64,000 bases of DNA, taken from assembly GCA_018897105.1 (NCBI GenBank), contig JAHILF010000106.1:56357-120356 (forward strand). The letters are read 5' to 3'. Shown here in pieces: positions 1 through 9,338 of this stretch (its first letter is position 1; each line of letters opens with the position of its first letter). A model generated the notes under the pieces. It saw only the letters and a program-made list of their open reading frames with translations. It searched no databases and had not been told where the DNA came from. The DNA is from Pseudomonadota bacterium (GTDB lineage: Bacteria; Desulfobacterota; Desulfobulbia; Desulfobulbales; SURF-16). Both the position numbers and the translations under genes were made by a program.

Positions 1-828
1 ATTGTGCTTATTCTGATCGGTGACATTGTCGGGGTGCCGGTGGGGGATCTCTTCCTGGGTGCGGTGTTGCCGGGTTTGGTGCTGGTGCTTCTCTATATCG
101 GCTATATCCTGATTTACGCCCGGCTCAAACCGGCCAGCGCCCCGACCATTGCCTGGGATGACGGGCAGGGATTGATGTGGAGCAGGGTGGCCAAGGCCCT
201 TTTCCCCCCACTGCTTCTCATGGTAGGGGTGCTGGGGTCTATTTTCGCCGGTATTGCCTCCCCCACCGAGGCGGCGGCGGTTGGCGCCGTGGGGGCGACC
301 TGTCTGGCCCTGGTCCATGGCGGATTTTCGCTCAAGATGGTGGATGACGTGGCACGTTCCACCATGCAGCTCACCTCCATGGTCTTTATCGTGCTGGTGG
401 GCGCTGCCGCTTTCGGCCTGGTTTTCAGGGGAACCGGCGGAGACGGGTTGGTGCGCCACGCCCTGGGCACCCTCTCCGCGGGGCTTGGCCCGTGGGCCGT
501 GCTGGCCATCGTCATGCTCTTCATCTTTATCATCGGTTTTTTTCTGGATTTCATCGAGATAACCTTCATCCATGTGCCGGTGCTGGCGCCGGTGATGGTT
601 GATCTGGGCATTGATCCCCTGTGGCTCTGCATCCTGATTGCAGTCAATCTGCAGACGTCTTTTCTTACCCCGCCTTTCGGCTTTTCCCTTTTTTACCTGC
701 GGGCGGTTTCGCCGCCCGGCGTGACAACCGCCCATATTTACCGTGGGATCATTCCCTTTGTTCTGTTGCAACTTGTCGGTCTGCTGCTGGTTTTCTTTTT
801 CCCCGGGATGGTCACTTGCCTGCTGTAA
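1..828 (+). CDS. TRAP transporter large permease subunit (DctM family), C-terminal part; 5' end lies outside the window
   Basis: The reading frame is open from the window edge. The sequence is strongly hydrophobic and multi-TM, with a C-terminal LQTSFLTPPFGFSLFYLR segment typical of TRAP large permeases. A TRAP solute-binding gene lies 0.8 kb downstream. Confidence 0.85.
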   Translation: MVLILIGDIVGVPVGDLFLGAVLPGLVLVLLYIGYILIYARLKPASAPTIAWDDGQGLMWSRVAKALFPPLLLMVGVLGSIFAGIASPTEAAAVGAVGATCLALVHGGFSLKMVDDVARSTMQLTSMVFIVLVGAAAFGLVFRGTGGDGLVRHALGTLSAGLGPWAVLAIVMLFIFIIGFFLDFIEITFIHVPVLAPVMVDLGIDPLWLCILIAVNLQTSFLTPPFGFSLFYLRAVSPPGVTTAHIYRGIIPFVLLQLVGLLLVFFFPGMVTCLL

Positions 829-1091
829 AGAAAGACGCTTTTCCACCCACATCACGTTAAATTCACCCGACAATTCACTTGAAAAGCAGACCTCTATAGT
901 GTAGTTGATACTGAGCGCAGTCCGGTGCTGTGGAGGACGGTTCCGGGCTGCGGAAAATTGAAAAAAGATGGGATGGTCTACCCGGGATGGAGTGGTTGCC
1001 CCGGGTTATCGGAACGAATTGCTGCGCGAGGTGTATGGTTGAAGGCTTGAATTGAGAAAAGTGGCAGGAAGAGGAAACTTTTGATGAGGGA

Positions 1092-1409
1092 ATGGAAATG
1101 ACGAGCAATTTGAACGATAATATGTCAGATGGCAGGCTTGCCGAGCGAATTTCTGCTGAAAAATTTGCCGAAAATTCGCCAATGGCACTGACCATCCGTA
1201 ATGTGCGAATGGAAACCGTTGAGGCTACTCTGTTAAATATCAGCGAAACGGGCATGGCTGTTATCAGCAATCATGAACTTGTCCTCGGACAACTGGTAAG
1301 TATAGCGACAAACTTTAAAAATAAAATTCCTCATAAGGCCGTGGTCATGTGGTCGTGCAAGGATGACAAGGGCTATCGCGCCGGATTAAGGTTTGTCAGC
1401 TCCTTGTGA
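1092..1409 (+). CDS. PilZ domain protein (predicted c-di-GMP receptor)
   Basis: RLAER (RxxxR) lies at nt 1134-1148. NISETG (D/NxSxxG) lies at nt 1236-1253, 30 aa later. The GAGGG Shine-Dalgarno is better spaced for the second ATG at 1098, so the start is 1092 or 1098. Confidence 0.7.
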   Translation: MEMTSNLNDNMSDGRLAERISAEKFAENSPMALTIRNVRMETVEATLLNISETGMAVISNHELVLGQLVSIATNFKNKIPHKAVVMWSCKDDKGYRAGLRFVSSL

Positions 1410-1589
1410 TTGTTCTTTGTAAAATCGTAAGCAGTCCTGCCTGACTTTCCGCCCATCATTATCGGGAAGTTGGGCTTTTTTTTGATCATTACTCAGTTGC
1501 AGCCGGATGATTTCCGGGAGGTCTATAACATTTCTGTGGTGTGGCGGAAACAGGGCAGTTTTTCTGATGCTTAATGGAGCGATGACAGT

Positions 1590-2672
1590 ATGGAACGACG
1601 TGATTTTTTGAAAAAAACTGGTGCGGCTGCCCTTTGCGCCGCCGGCGCGGCAACCCTGAAAACGCCGGCAGCGTGGGCCAAAGGCGAAAGGTTTGTCTGG
1701 AATATGGTGACCACCTGGCCCCCCAGTATGGCGGTTCTCCAGACCGGAGCGCAGCGCTTTGCCGACAGAATCAAAGAGATGAGCGAGGGCCGGCTGCAGA
1801 TCCAGGTCTATGCCGGGGGAGAGCTGGTGCCGCCCATGGGGGTATTTGACGCGGTTTCCGGCGGCACGGTGCAACTCGGCAGCGGGGCTTCCTACTACTG
1901 GGCGGGCAAGGTGCCCGCGGCCCAGTGGTTCACCTCCGTTCCCTTCGGCCTCAACGCCCAGGGCATGAATGCCTGGCTTGGCAGCGGTGGCCTGAAACTG
2001 TGGGAAGAGATCTATGATCCCTATAACCTGGTTCCCCGGCCTTTCGGCAACACCGGCATGCAGATGGGCGGCTGGTTCCGCAAGGAGATCAACTCTGTCG
2101 ACGATTTCAAGGGGCTGAAAATGCGTATCCCCGGTCTGGGGGGCAAGGTGGTGGCCAAGGCCGGCGGCACGGTGGTGCTGCTGCCCGCCGCCGAGATTTT
2201 CACCAGTCTTGAGCGCGGCGTAATCGACGCCACCGAATGGGTGGGGCCGCTGCATGATTTGCGCATGGGCTTCTACAAGGCCGCGCCTTATTACTACTAT
2301 CCCGGCTGGCATGAACCGGGCAGTTGTCTTGAGTTGTTGATCAATAAGCAGGCCTACCTTTCCCTGCCCAAAGATCTGCAGGTGCTGGTCGACTGCGCCG
2401 CCATGGAATGCAATATCTGGACATTGAATGAATTTGAGTCCGGCAACGGGGCGGCGCTGGTGGAGCTGGTGGAAAAACATAAGGTTCAGGTGCGCCGTTT
2501 TCCGGATTCTCTGCTGAGCACCTTAAAAAAGCTGTCCGATGAGACCCTGGAAGAGGAAGCTGCCAAGGAAAAAACATCCCAGCGGGTCCACGGGGCCTTC
2601 ATGAAATTTAAAAAGGAAATCGGCGGCTGGGGAGCGATTTCCGAAAAGGCCTATTACGAACTCATCGCGTGA
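1590..2672 (+). CDS. TRAP transporter substrate-binding protein (DctP-type) with a Tat-like signal peptide
   Basis: The N-terminus MERRDFLKKTGAAALCAAGAATLKTPAAWA looks like a twin-arginine signal. The body resembles TRAP periplasmic solute receptors (WPPS..., YYWAGK, GGWFRKEI). Confidence 0.9.
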   Translation: MERRDFLKKTGAAALCAAGAATLKTPAAWAKGERFVWNMVTTWPPSMAVLQTGAQRFADRIKEMSEGRLQIQVYAGGELVPPMGVFDAVSGGTVQLGSGASYYWAGKVPAAQWFTSVPFGLNAQGMNAWLGSGGLKLWEEIYDPYNLVPRPFGNTGMQMGGWFRKEINSVDDFKGLKMRIPGLGGKVVAKAGGTVVLLPAAEIFTSLERGVIDATEWVGPLHDLRMGFYKAAPYYYYPGWHEPGSCLELLINKQAYLSLPKDLQVLVDCAAMECNIWTLNEFESGNGAALVELVEKHKVQVRRFPDSLLSTLKKLSDETLEEEAAKEKTSQRVHGAFMKFKKEIGGWGAISEKAYYELIA

Positions 2673-2699
2673 TGTTCAGGTAAATGTACCATGATGGAC

Positions 2700-2727
2700 G
2701 TAGGGGCGATTCGCGAACCGCCCCTAC
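2700..2727. repeat. REP-like palindrome GTAGGGGCGATTCGCGAACCGCCCCTAC
   Basis: Arms GTAGGGGCG (2700-2708) and CGCCCCTAC (2719-2727) are perfect reverse complements. The near-palindrome extends to 14 nt per arm with one mismatch. It lies just after the TRAP binding-protein stop and has no T-run. Confidence 0.5.
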
Positions 2728-2805
2728 ACGAACCGGCCGCAAGGTGGTTAATTTTAGTTATTACAAGTTCAACAATCTTTTTTGCTGAAAACAACAGGAG
2801 CCGGC

Positions 2806-5253
2806 ATGGCACAGGAAACTGATCAGAACATCTTTATCATGTTCGACAGGTTGCGGGACAGTCTGAAGCAGATTATCTTCGATCAGGACAAGGCTATAGA
2901 TGAGGTGGTGGATGCCTTCATTCATATGGCTTATAAACCGGTTGATACCACGCCCAAGGTGATTTTTACCTTTCTGGGCCCCGCCTCGGTGGGCAAAAAG
3001 AGCCTTGCCCGCGCCCTGACTTCCCATCTGGAGGAGTATGCGGCTTTCAAGCAGTTTGACATGGAGCAGTTCACCGATCCGGAAAGCGGTGCGCAGCTGC
3101 TCAGCCAGAGGTTGACCTCTGACGGTGCCCAGGAGGGGGAGTTGACCGGTTTTATCAAGGAGCACCCCCAGTCAATCGTTCTTTTTGATTCCATAGAAAA
3201 AGCAGACAATCAACTGCAACTGGGCCTGTATAACCTGCTTACCCGCGGTGAGGAGGAGAACGGCATTGACTGCAGTGGCGTCATCGTGATTTTTACCTCC
3301 AGCCTGGGCTGCGGTTTTTTCAAGGACAGAAAGTACCAGGAGGCCTTCAAGGAAAACAAGCTGCGCGCCCAGGCCCTGGTCATGGACGCCCTTTCCAAGG
3401 AAAGAAAGGCGGTCTACGACACGGTACAGAGCGCCATTGCCCCAAAGTTGCTGGCTGCCATGGCGCGTAATTTCATCATCCTGTTCAATTCCCTGAGCCT
3501 GGATACCCTGGTGCGCATCGGCGGTGAATCATTGAGTGCTCATTCCCGGCAGTTTGCTGACGTCAGCGGCATGAAGGTCGAATATCATGATTTTGACAGG
3601 ATTGCCACCCTGCTGACCCTGTCATTTTCTCCTGATATCAGCGTCAACAGGCTCAAACAGAAACTGCCGGATCTCGTTCTCGGCCGTATAACCGGCTTTG
3701 TCCGTGACCGGAGGAAATATCCCGAGCATATCATCTGCAGGATTTCCAAGCAGGCCGATATTTTTCTGGAGAAAATCTGCCAGGATAAAGAGACATTGCT
3801 GACCAGGCTGTATAAGAAAAATGAAACAGTGGATATCTCCTGGAAAGAGACCCTGCGGGGTCAGAAGCTGACCTGCGCCATCCATAAGGCGGAGCTGAAG
3901 AGGCTGCCGCCGGCCAGTGAATTTTTCCGCGAGTTGCTGCCCATGGTGGAATTTTCCACCATGGGCTTTAAGGATATAGCCGGCAATAAGAGCACCAAGA
4001 GGAATCTCAAACAGATCGTCAAAATTCTTCGAGAGCCCGGACTGCTGAAAAAATTCAGCATCGACATGCCCAAGGGCATGCTGCTCTACGGACCTTCCGG
4101 CGTGGGCAAGACCATGCTGGCCAAGGCCTTTGCCCGGGAGACGGAAAGGCCGTTTGTCTATGTGTCCAGAAGCGACCTGTTTGATCCGGGCTATATCCGC
4201 AATGCCTATGTCAAGGCCAGGGAATTCGCCCCGAGCCTCGTTTTTCTTGACGGCATCGACGTCAAGGGTCTGATTGAAGGGGTCTATACCTCCATGCCGG
4301 ATGATCAGTTGATTCTGGAGCTTGATGTTTTGTCCGGCGACCCCGAGGATTCCGTCTTCACCATTGCCACCGCCCAGAACAAGGCCGATGTCAGCCCCCG
4401 CATCATTGCCCCCAACAGGATTGACATGTTTGTCGAGGTGCCCGAGCTTGATCGGGACGCCAGGCGCTTTTTCATCGAGAAGATTCTGGAAAAACCCAAT
4501 GACGGCAACATCAACGTGGAGAGGGTGATCCGCTATATCTCCGGCATGAGCGGCTACGATCTGCAGCGTATCGGCAAGGAGGCCTCTCTCTATGCCATCC
4601 GCAATGACCTTGACTGCATCACCGAAGATATTCTCATTGAGGAGATCAATATCATCAAGTATGGTTACAAGCTTGAGAAGAAGCGCATCAGAAATCTTGA
4701 ACAGGATCTGAAAATCACCGCCTATCATGAGGCGGGACACGCAGCTCTGTCCCATCTGCTGCTGCCGGACATCAAGATTGAGCAGGTGACCATCGCCCCG
4801 CGGCTGAAATCCATGGGATTCATCTCCTACAGTATGGAGGATTTCCCCGGCAACATCTCCAAGGACGAGGTCTTTGACAACATCTGCGTGCTGCTCGGCG
4901 GGCGCATGGCCAGCATCAGGAAGTTCGGCAGCAAGGGCATTGACACGGGCGCGTCCAACGATCTGGAGGTCGCCACCCACCAGGCCTATGCCGCGGTTGC
5001 CAGTCTGGGTATGGATGAGGAGATCGGCTATGTGCACACCGATACCCTTTCCCAGAATGTCAGCAAACAGATTTATCTTACCAAGGTTGAGGAGCGGGTC
5101 AGCCATTGGATGAAAGAGGCAAGCATCAAGGCCGAGACGCTGATTGAAAAGCACTGGGAAAAGGTGGAGCAGCTGGCTTCCATTCTCATCCGCCAGGAGA
5201 TTGTCGACGGCGCCGAACTGGAAAAGATCATGAAGGGGCTGAAAGAGTCCTAG
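2806..5253 (+). CDS. Soluble two-AAA-module M41 metalloprotease (ClpB-D2-like N-module plus FtsH-like AAA and peptidase), no TM segments seen
   Basis: An AGGAG RBS precedes the ATG at 2806.
- Module 1: GPASVGKK and LFDSIEKA, ClpA/B D2-like but with degenerate Walker A and B.
- Module 2: GPSGVGKT Walker A and VFLDGID Walker B (Gly in place of the catalytic Glu).
- Protease: HEAGHA zinc site at 4726-4740 and a downstream GASNDLEVAT motif, as in FtsH. Confidence 0.85.
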   Translation: MAQETDQNIFIMFDRLRDSLKQIIFDQDKAIDEVVDAFIHMAYKPVDTTPKVIFTFLGPASVGKKSLARALTSHLEEYAAFKQFDMEQFTDPESGAQLLSQRLTSDGAQEGELTGFIKEHPQSIVLFDSIEKADNQLQLGLYNLLTRGEEENGIDCSGVIVIFTSSLGCGFFKDRKYQEAFKENKLRAQALVMDALSKERKAVYDTVQSAIAPKLLAAMARNFIILFNSLSLDTLVRIGGESLSAHSRQFADVSGMKVEYHDFDRIATLLTLSFSPDISVNRLKQKLPDLVLGRITGFVRDRRKYPEHIICRISKQADIFLEKICQDKETLLTRLYKKNETVDISWKETLRGQKLTCAIHKAELKRLPPASEFFRELLPMVEFSTMGFKDIAGNKSTKRNLKQIVKILREPGLLKKFSIDMPKGMLLYGPSGVGKTMLAKAFARETERPFVYVSRSDLFDPGYIRNAYVKAREFAPSLVFLDGIDVKGLIEGVYTSMPDDQLILELDVLSGDPEDSVFTIATAQNKADVSPRIIAPNRIDMFVEVPELDRDARRFFIEKILEKPNDGNINVERVIRYISGMSGYDLQRIGKEASLYAIRNDLDCITEDILIEEINIIKYGYKLEKKRIRNLEQDLKITAYHEAGHAALSHLLLPDIKIEQVTIAPRLKSMGFISYSMEDFPGNISKDEVFDNICVLLGGRMASIRKFGSKGIDTGASNDLEVATHQAYAAVASLGMDEEIGYVHTDTLSQNVSKQIYLTKVEERVSHWMKEASIKAETLIEKHWEKVEQLASILIRQEIVDGAELEKIMKGLKES

Positions 5254-5499
5254 CGGAATTGCCGGCAGGCAGATGTGTCGCCATTTTGCCGACACCATAA
5301 AAATGCAAGTAATTTATTATACTGCTGATATTTATTTCCCTTTACTGGTTATAAAAGGGGAGGTAATATCAAAAAAATATCCTGGGGAGGGAGAAAAAAG
5401 TCCCTTTGCAGCGTTAAAGGAATAGGCAAGCGGTTCATATCCATCCTGTCAGAGATACTGTAACCCTTTATCAACAACCAATAATTGAGGAAGAATTCA

Positions 5500-5763
5500 A
5501 TGAAACTGATGAAGAAGACTGTTGCTTTTGTCCTTATGTCCTTACTGGCCACCGGTATATGCGCCTGTGATCAGAAAAAAGAAAAAGCTGAAGTAACACC
5601 TGCCCCAGCAGTTGAGCACCAGGCCGCACCGGCCATGGAGCAGCAGGCTCCTGCCGCCATAGAACAGGCACCGGCAGAAGAGACACAGCCAATGGATGTT
5701 CCTTCACCCGACAGTGCTGAGCAGCCAGCTCCTGCAACCGAAGAGGCACCCAGCCAGCATTAA
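5500..5763 (+). CDS. Small Pro/Ala/Glu-rich putative lipoprotein
   Basis: A GAGGAAG RBS precedes the ATG at 5500. The signal peptide MKLMKKTVAFVLMSLLATGICAC has lipobox-like Cys residues. The mature part is low complexity with AP(A)xEQ-type repeats. Confidence 0.6.
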   Translation: MKLMKKTVAFVLMSLLATGICACDQKKEKAEVTPAPAVEHQAAPAMEQQAPAAIEQAPAEETQPMDVPSPDSAEQPAPATEEAPSQH

Positions 5764-5856
5764 TTCATGAAGATTACCCGGGGCGGGGCTGTTGCTCTGC
5801 CCTGGGTTTCTCATTGTGCCCCATTGCGGCCGATCAGTTACTCTGCGGCCGGATTC

Positions 5857-6945
5857 TTAAGCCTCATCCTCTTCTTCCGGGCTGTTTTCCTCATCAATCC
5901 GGCGGATGCCGTCCATCAGCAGTTTCATGAATTCGCCGATCTCCGCCGCCTTCATTTCCTGGGGTGAGAGACCTGCGTTGAATTTGAAGCGTCCCCCTTT
6001 TCTTTCGGCAATGATGCGATAAATCGCCTCCTGGTTTTTTTCTCCTGCATAGCTGGCGTTGATGATGCACCCCTCCCTGAAGGAAATGCGGGCCTCTCCA
6101 TCCGGCAGCTCAATGGTCAGTACCCCTGTTTTACCGTTCATGTGAAAGAGCTGGAATAATTCCACCTGGGGCATTTCCGCCAGTGAGCCGCTCATGGCAT
6201 AGGCGACCTCCTGGAGACGGGCGGCATTGCTTTTGGTGAGACGGTCCGAGAGAAGGCGCAGGAAATAGATATAAAGCGAGGGATTCTTGTTCAGCAGATT
6301 TTTCATTTCCTGGCCGGCGATGCAAAGTACTTCTGTGGGGTCAATGGTCCTCACCGTGGCGCAGACCGCCTGAGCGGTGAGTTGGCTCATTTCACCCAGA
6401 ACCTCCCCCCTGCCAAGCACGGCTATACGCTGATCGCCGTCAAGCACAGCCACCTTGCCGGATAAAATAATGACAACATTGCCCGCTTCCTCTCCCTTGC
6501 GGAATATGTCCGATCCCGGGCTGAATTTTTTGTAGGTGAAGCAGGGAAGAATTCTGGCCAGATTTTTTTTCTCAATGACCTGAAAGAGACCGATAGTACC
6601 CAGCCCGTCAACCAGTCTGTGCGGCACATTGATTTCAGTGCCCAGGATCTCGGATAAAGAGGTGGCTGCTTCGTCTTCCGTGGCGATTGTGTTGTAATTC
6701 ATTCGGAACTTGATCAGACCGGAGCAGCCGGAGCAGCTGAAGAGTTTTTCCGGGTCATGCCCGTCTTTATCTTGGGAGAGAAGGGCAAATAACAGCTCGG
6801 TCATCTCCCTGGCCAAGATAAGGCAGACAGGTTTATCCTGCGGAGGGAGCAGGGCTTTGTCCGTCAATTCCAGTTTATCATCCAGTTCATAGAGAGGGCA
6901 TTTTTTATTCTCCACGATCTGGAAGATTGACCTGAAAGAGCTCAT
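5857..6945 (-). CDS. Cyclic-nucleotide-binding domain protein with a C-terminal DUF4388-like domain
   Basis: The central cNMP-binding fold has FRKGEEAGNVVIILSGKV and VLGRGEVLGEMS. The C-terminal segment LFQLFHMNGKTGVLTIE...ISFREGCIINA matches the DUF4388/PatA-N pattern. The N-terminal region carries 4 Cys. Confidence 0.75.
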   Translation of the reverse strand: MSSFRSIFQIVENKKCPLYELDDKLELTDKALLPPQDKPVCLILAREMTELLFALLSQDKDGHDPEKLFSCSGCSGLIKFRMNYNTIATEDEAATSLSEILGTEINVPHRLVDGLGTIGLFQVIEKKNLARILPCFTYKKFSPGSDIFRKGEEAGNVVIILSGKVAVLDGDQRIAVLGRGEVLGEMSQLTAQAVCATVRTIDPTEVLCIAGQEMKNLLNKNPSLYIYFLRLLSDRLTKSNAARLQEVAYAMSGSLAEMPQVELFQLFHMNGKTGVLTIELPDGEARISFREGCIINASYAGEKNQEAIYRIIAERKGGRFKFNAGLSPQEMKAAEIGEFMKLLMDGIRRIDEENSPEEEDEA

Positions 6946-7183
6946 GGTTCATTACCTTTTTCTGTCGTTAGTTGCTCGATGCTTTACTTGGGACCATAAC
7001 CGAAAACGCTGTCCTGTTTTCAGCTGCAGCCATTCAGTTAATTCTTGTTCAAGTCTTTAACTTTAGCTATTCTTAAGAGTAAAGTCGAGCGCATGGTTGT
7101 CAAGAGACAACTGCACTGCCACAAAGCCCCGGCAGCCTACCAGAAAACAACAGATTTTTAATCTTTTTGAGATTTTATCCGCC

Positions 7184-9277
7184 ATGTCCGTATCCAATAG
7201 CCAGCTCGCCAATGAATATGAGGAAATAAAGAGAAGATTTTCCGCCTCTCCTTATATCCGGATAACTGCCACCAGCGGAAATCCGCCGGACAGTTATGAG
7301 ATTACCTATCAGGTCAAGGGAATAAGCCAGGTGACGGCCGGCCGGGCTGTTATTGTTGACAGTCACCGGGTGAGTATTGTTCTCCCCTTTGGTTATCCCC
7401 ATTTTCCGCCGAACTGTAAACCGCTAACCGCAATTTTTCATCCTGATTTTGACCCGGATGCCGTCTGTGTAGGGGATTTCTGGAATTCCTCCCGCTCCCT
7501 GCCCGAACTTATTGTCCATATCGGCAGGTTGATTTCCTATCAAACCTATAGCCGGGAGGATGTCTTCAACCGTGAAGCCCTTGACTGGGCTATGGCCCAT
7601 GGTGATTTGCTGCCGCTTGACCAGGCCGATTTCAGCGTCCAGACGCCGGAGCCACAACAGGAAGTTGTTCTGGCTGACACGCTGCAAGGTCTTATTCCCG
7701 CAGAATTATTGCCGGCAACCGGTGACGCTCAGATGCCACCAGCAATCGCACCTCAAGCAGGGGAAGGGCGGGAAAAAATAAAAGAGAGAAGAGGTAAGGC
7801 TGCTGCTTCTGCCGGAAAAATCACTGGCAGGAAAAACAGGAAACCCTTGATGGTAGCAGTCTGCGTGATTTTGCTGCTTGCTGCTGTTGCCTGCGCCCTG
7901 CTCGTGCTTGAGATGCGCAATTATACAGGGGCGGTGCAGAAGTGGGCTGAAGTGGCTTCCCTGGTCAGTCAAAACCGGTTCGCCGAGGCGGATACCCAGG
8001 TGAAAGATGTCCAGTCCCTGCTGGATAAGATCCGTTTTGTCAAAAAAGGGGAAAAACAGGCATTGCTGCAGGAAGTCAGAAAGCTGGCCGACTCCCAGGA
8101 ATTTAAAGAGGGTCTGCAGGGCAAGATACTGGTGAACGGCCGCTACCTCACGATCCGGCAACAGCAGGATATCAAGGCAGTGAGCGAATTGCTCGCTAAG
8201 GCGCAGTCCCTGGCGGATGCCGGCAAGTGGCAGAATGCTGGAGAGACCTACTCCCTGGCTGCAGAAAAAACAGCCGGCCTTGGCGAGCTTGCTCCCCTGC
8301 CGCTTGACAAGGTCGAGGAGCGAGCGCAAAAGAGCCGTCTGCAGGGACAGATGGAGGAGGGCAATCTGCTCAGGTCCCAGCAGAAGTGGGAGCAGGCGCA
8401 AGGCAATTACCAGGCGGCGATGAAGATCCTGGCCGGCATGCAGAAGGATGAACAGTGGGAGGCCACCAGAAGGGAGATCCAGACCCTCATTACCGAGATG
8501 GCTTTTTCTTCTGCAGTCGAACATGGTAATCAATTCTTTGCCGACAAACAATGGTCCCAGGCGACAGACAGTTACGAGAACGCCTTGAAGATGATCGATG
8601 ATCAGGGTGGAGAAGCGGCCCGGGAAGCAAAGAAAATCGAAGGGCAGCGGGATGTGGCCAGATTCAATTTTTTTTATGAGGCAGGGCTGAAAGATTTCAG
8701 TGACAGCAAGTGGGATGCCGCCATCGCCAACCTGGAGAGAAGTGAGGGACTGCTGGCCGCTGCCAATGCAGCCGGCGGGGTTCGGGAGATCAGCCGGACA
8801 ACCATTAAGAGAAAAATTCTGAGTGCCATGCTCAATCGCGGAGAGGCGGCGGTGGCGGCATATCTGGCAGAGGAGAAATACAGCCAGGCCGTCAAGGTGC
8901 TGCAGGCAAGTATCAACGCCATTGACCACAAGCAGCTTGGAGTTGAGAAAGAATTTGCCGCAGCCAGAAAGTCTGCGGCTGAAAGAATCAGCAGGTATCA
9001 GTATCTGGGGGATATCCAGCAGAAGATTGCCTACCTGCTCAGCAGATATGAAACGATTTTCAAGGATTTTTTCCCCTCAACCGCCCGGTCAAAATTGACG
9101 GATCCGCAAATCACCTTTGTCCGGCAGGAAGGGAACCTTCTCATCTTCAAGATGCAATGTCTGGAAGAGAACAGACGGCAGAAATTTACTCTGGAGATGA
9201 ATTATCAGTACGATAGTAAATCAGGGCAATGGAGTCCCATACTCCATGCCGATGCCGCAGCCAGCGCGACAAAGTAA
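7184..9277 (+). CDS. Membrane-anchored protein with an N-terminal E2/UBC-like domain, one TM helix and C-terminal TPR-like repeats
   Basis: VSIVLPFGYPHFPPNCKPLTAIFHPDFDPDAVCVGDFWNSSRSLPELIVHIGRLI mirrors the E2 core pattern (YP..PP..F.T.I.HPN.....G.IC...W.P...I..VL). The candidate catalytic Cys is at 7466-7468. The TM helix is PLMVAVCVILLLAAVACALLVL. There are five [KQ]W..A...Y..A repeats. The ATG at 7184 is preferred over the TTG at 7097. Confidence 0.7.
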   Translation: MSVSNSQLANEYEEIKRRFSASPYIRITATSGNPPDSYEITYQVKGISQVTAGRAVIVDSHRVSIVLPFGYPHFPPNCKPLTAIFHPDFDPDAVCVGDFWNSSRSLPELIVHIGRLISYQTYSREDVFNREALDWAMAHGDLLPLDQADFSVQTPEPQQEVVLADTLQGLIPAELLPATGDAQMPPAIAPQAGEGREKIKERRGKAAASAGKITGRKNRKPLMVAVCVILLLAAVACALLVLEMRNYTGAVQKWAEVASLVSQNRFAEADTQVKDVQSLLDKIRFVKKGEKQALLQEVRKLADSQEFKEGLQGKILVNGRYLTIRQQQDIKAVSELLAKAQSLADAGKWQNAGETYSLAAEKTAGLGELAPLPLDKVEERAQKSRLQGQMEEGNLLRSQQKWEQAQGNYQAAMKILAGMQKDEQWEATRREIQTLITEMAFSSAVEHGNQFFADKQWSQATDSYENALKMIDDQGGEAAREAKKIEGQRDVARFNFFYEAGLKDFSDSKWDAAIANLERSEGLLAAANAAGGVREISRTTIKRKILSAMLNRGEAAVAAYLAEEKYSQAVKVLQASINAIDHKQLGVEKEFAAARKSAAERISRYQYLGDIQQKIAYLLSRYETIFKDFFPSTARSKLTDPQITFVRQEGNLLIFKMQCLEENRRQKFTLEMNYQYDSKSGQWSPILHADAAASATK

Positions 9278-9338
9278 TGCGCGGCGTGTTTCCCCCTGTT
9301 TTTCTGATCAGTAAAGTGCTGTATTTTTTTACAGCCTG

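Noticed and set aside
1386-2480. A 364-aa minus-strand ORF lies opposite the TRAP binding-protein gene.
   Set aside because: It is a shadow ORF. The plus strand has a Tat signal and TRAP receptor similarity. The antisense product is low complexity (G, A, H, P, Q rich).
3622-5298. A 558-aa ORF lies on the minus strand, antisense to the FtsH-like gene.
   Set aside because: The plus strand carries unmistakable Walker A and HEAGH motifs. The antisense translation is rich in G, L, D, H and Q, has no recognisable motif, and looks like a typical shadow ORF of a GC-rich gene.
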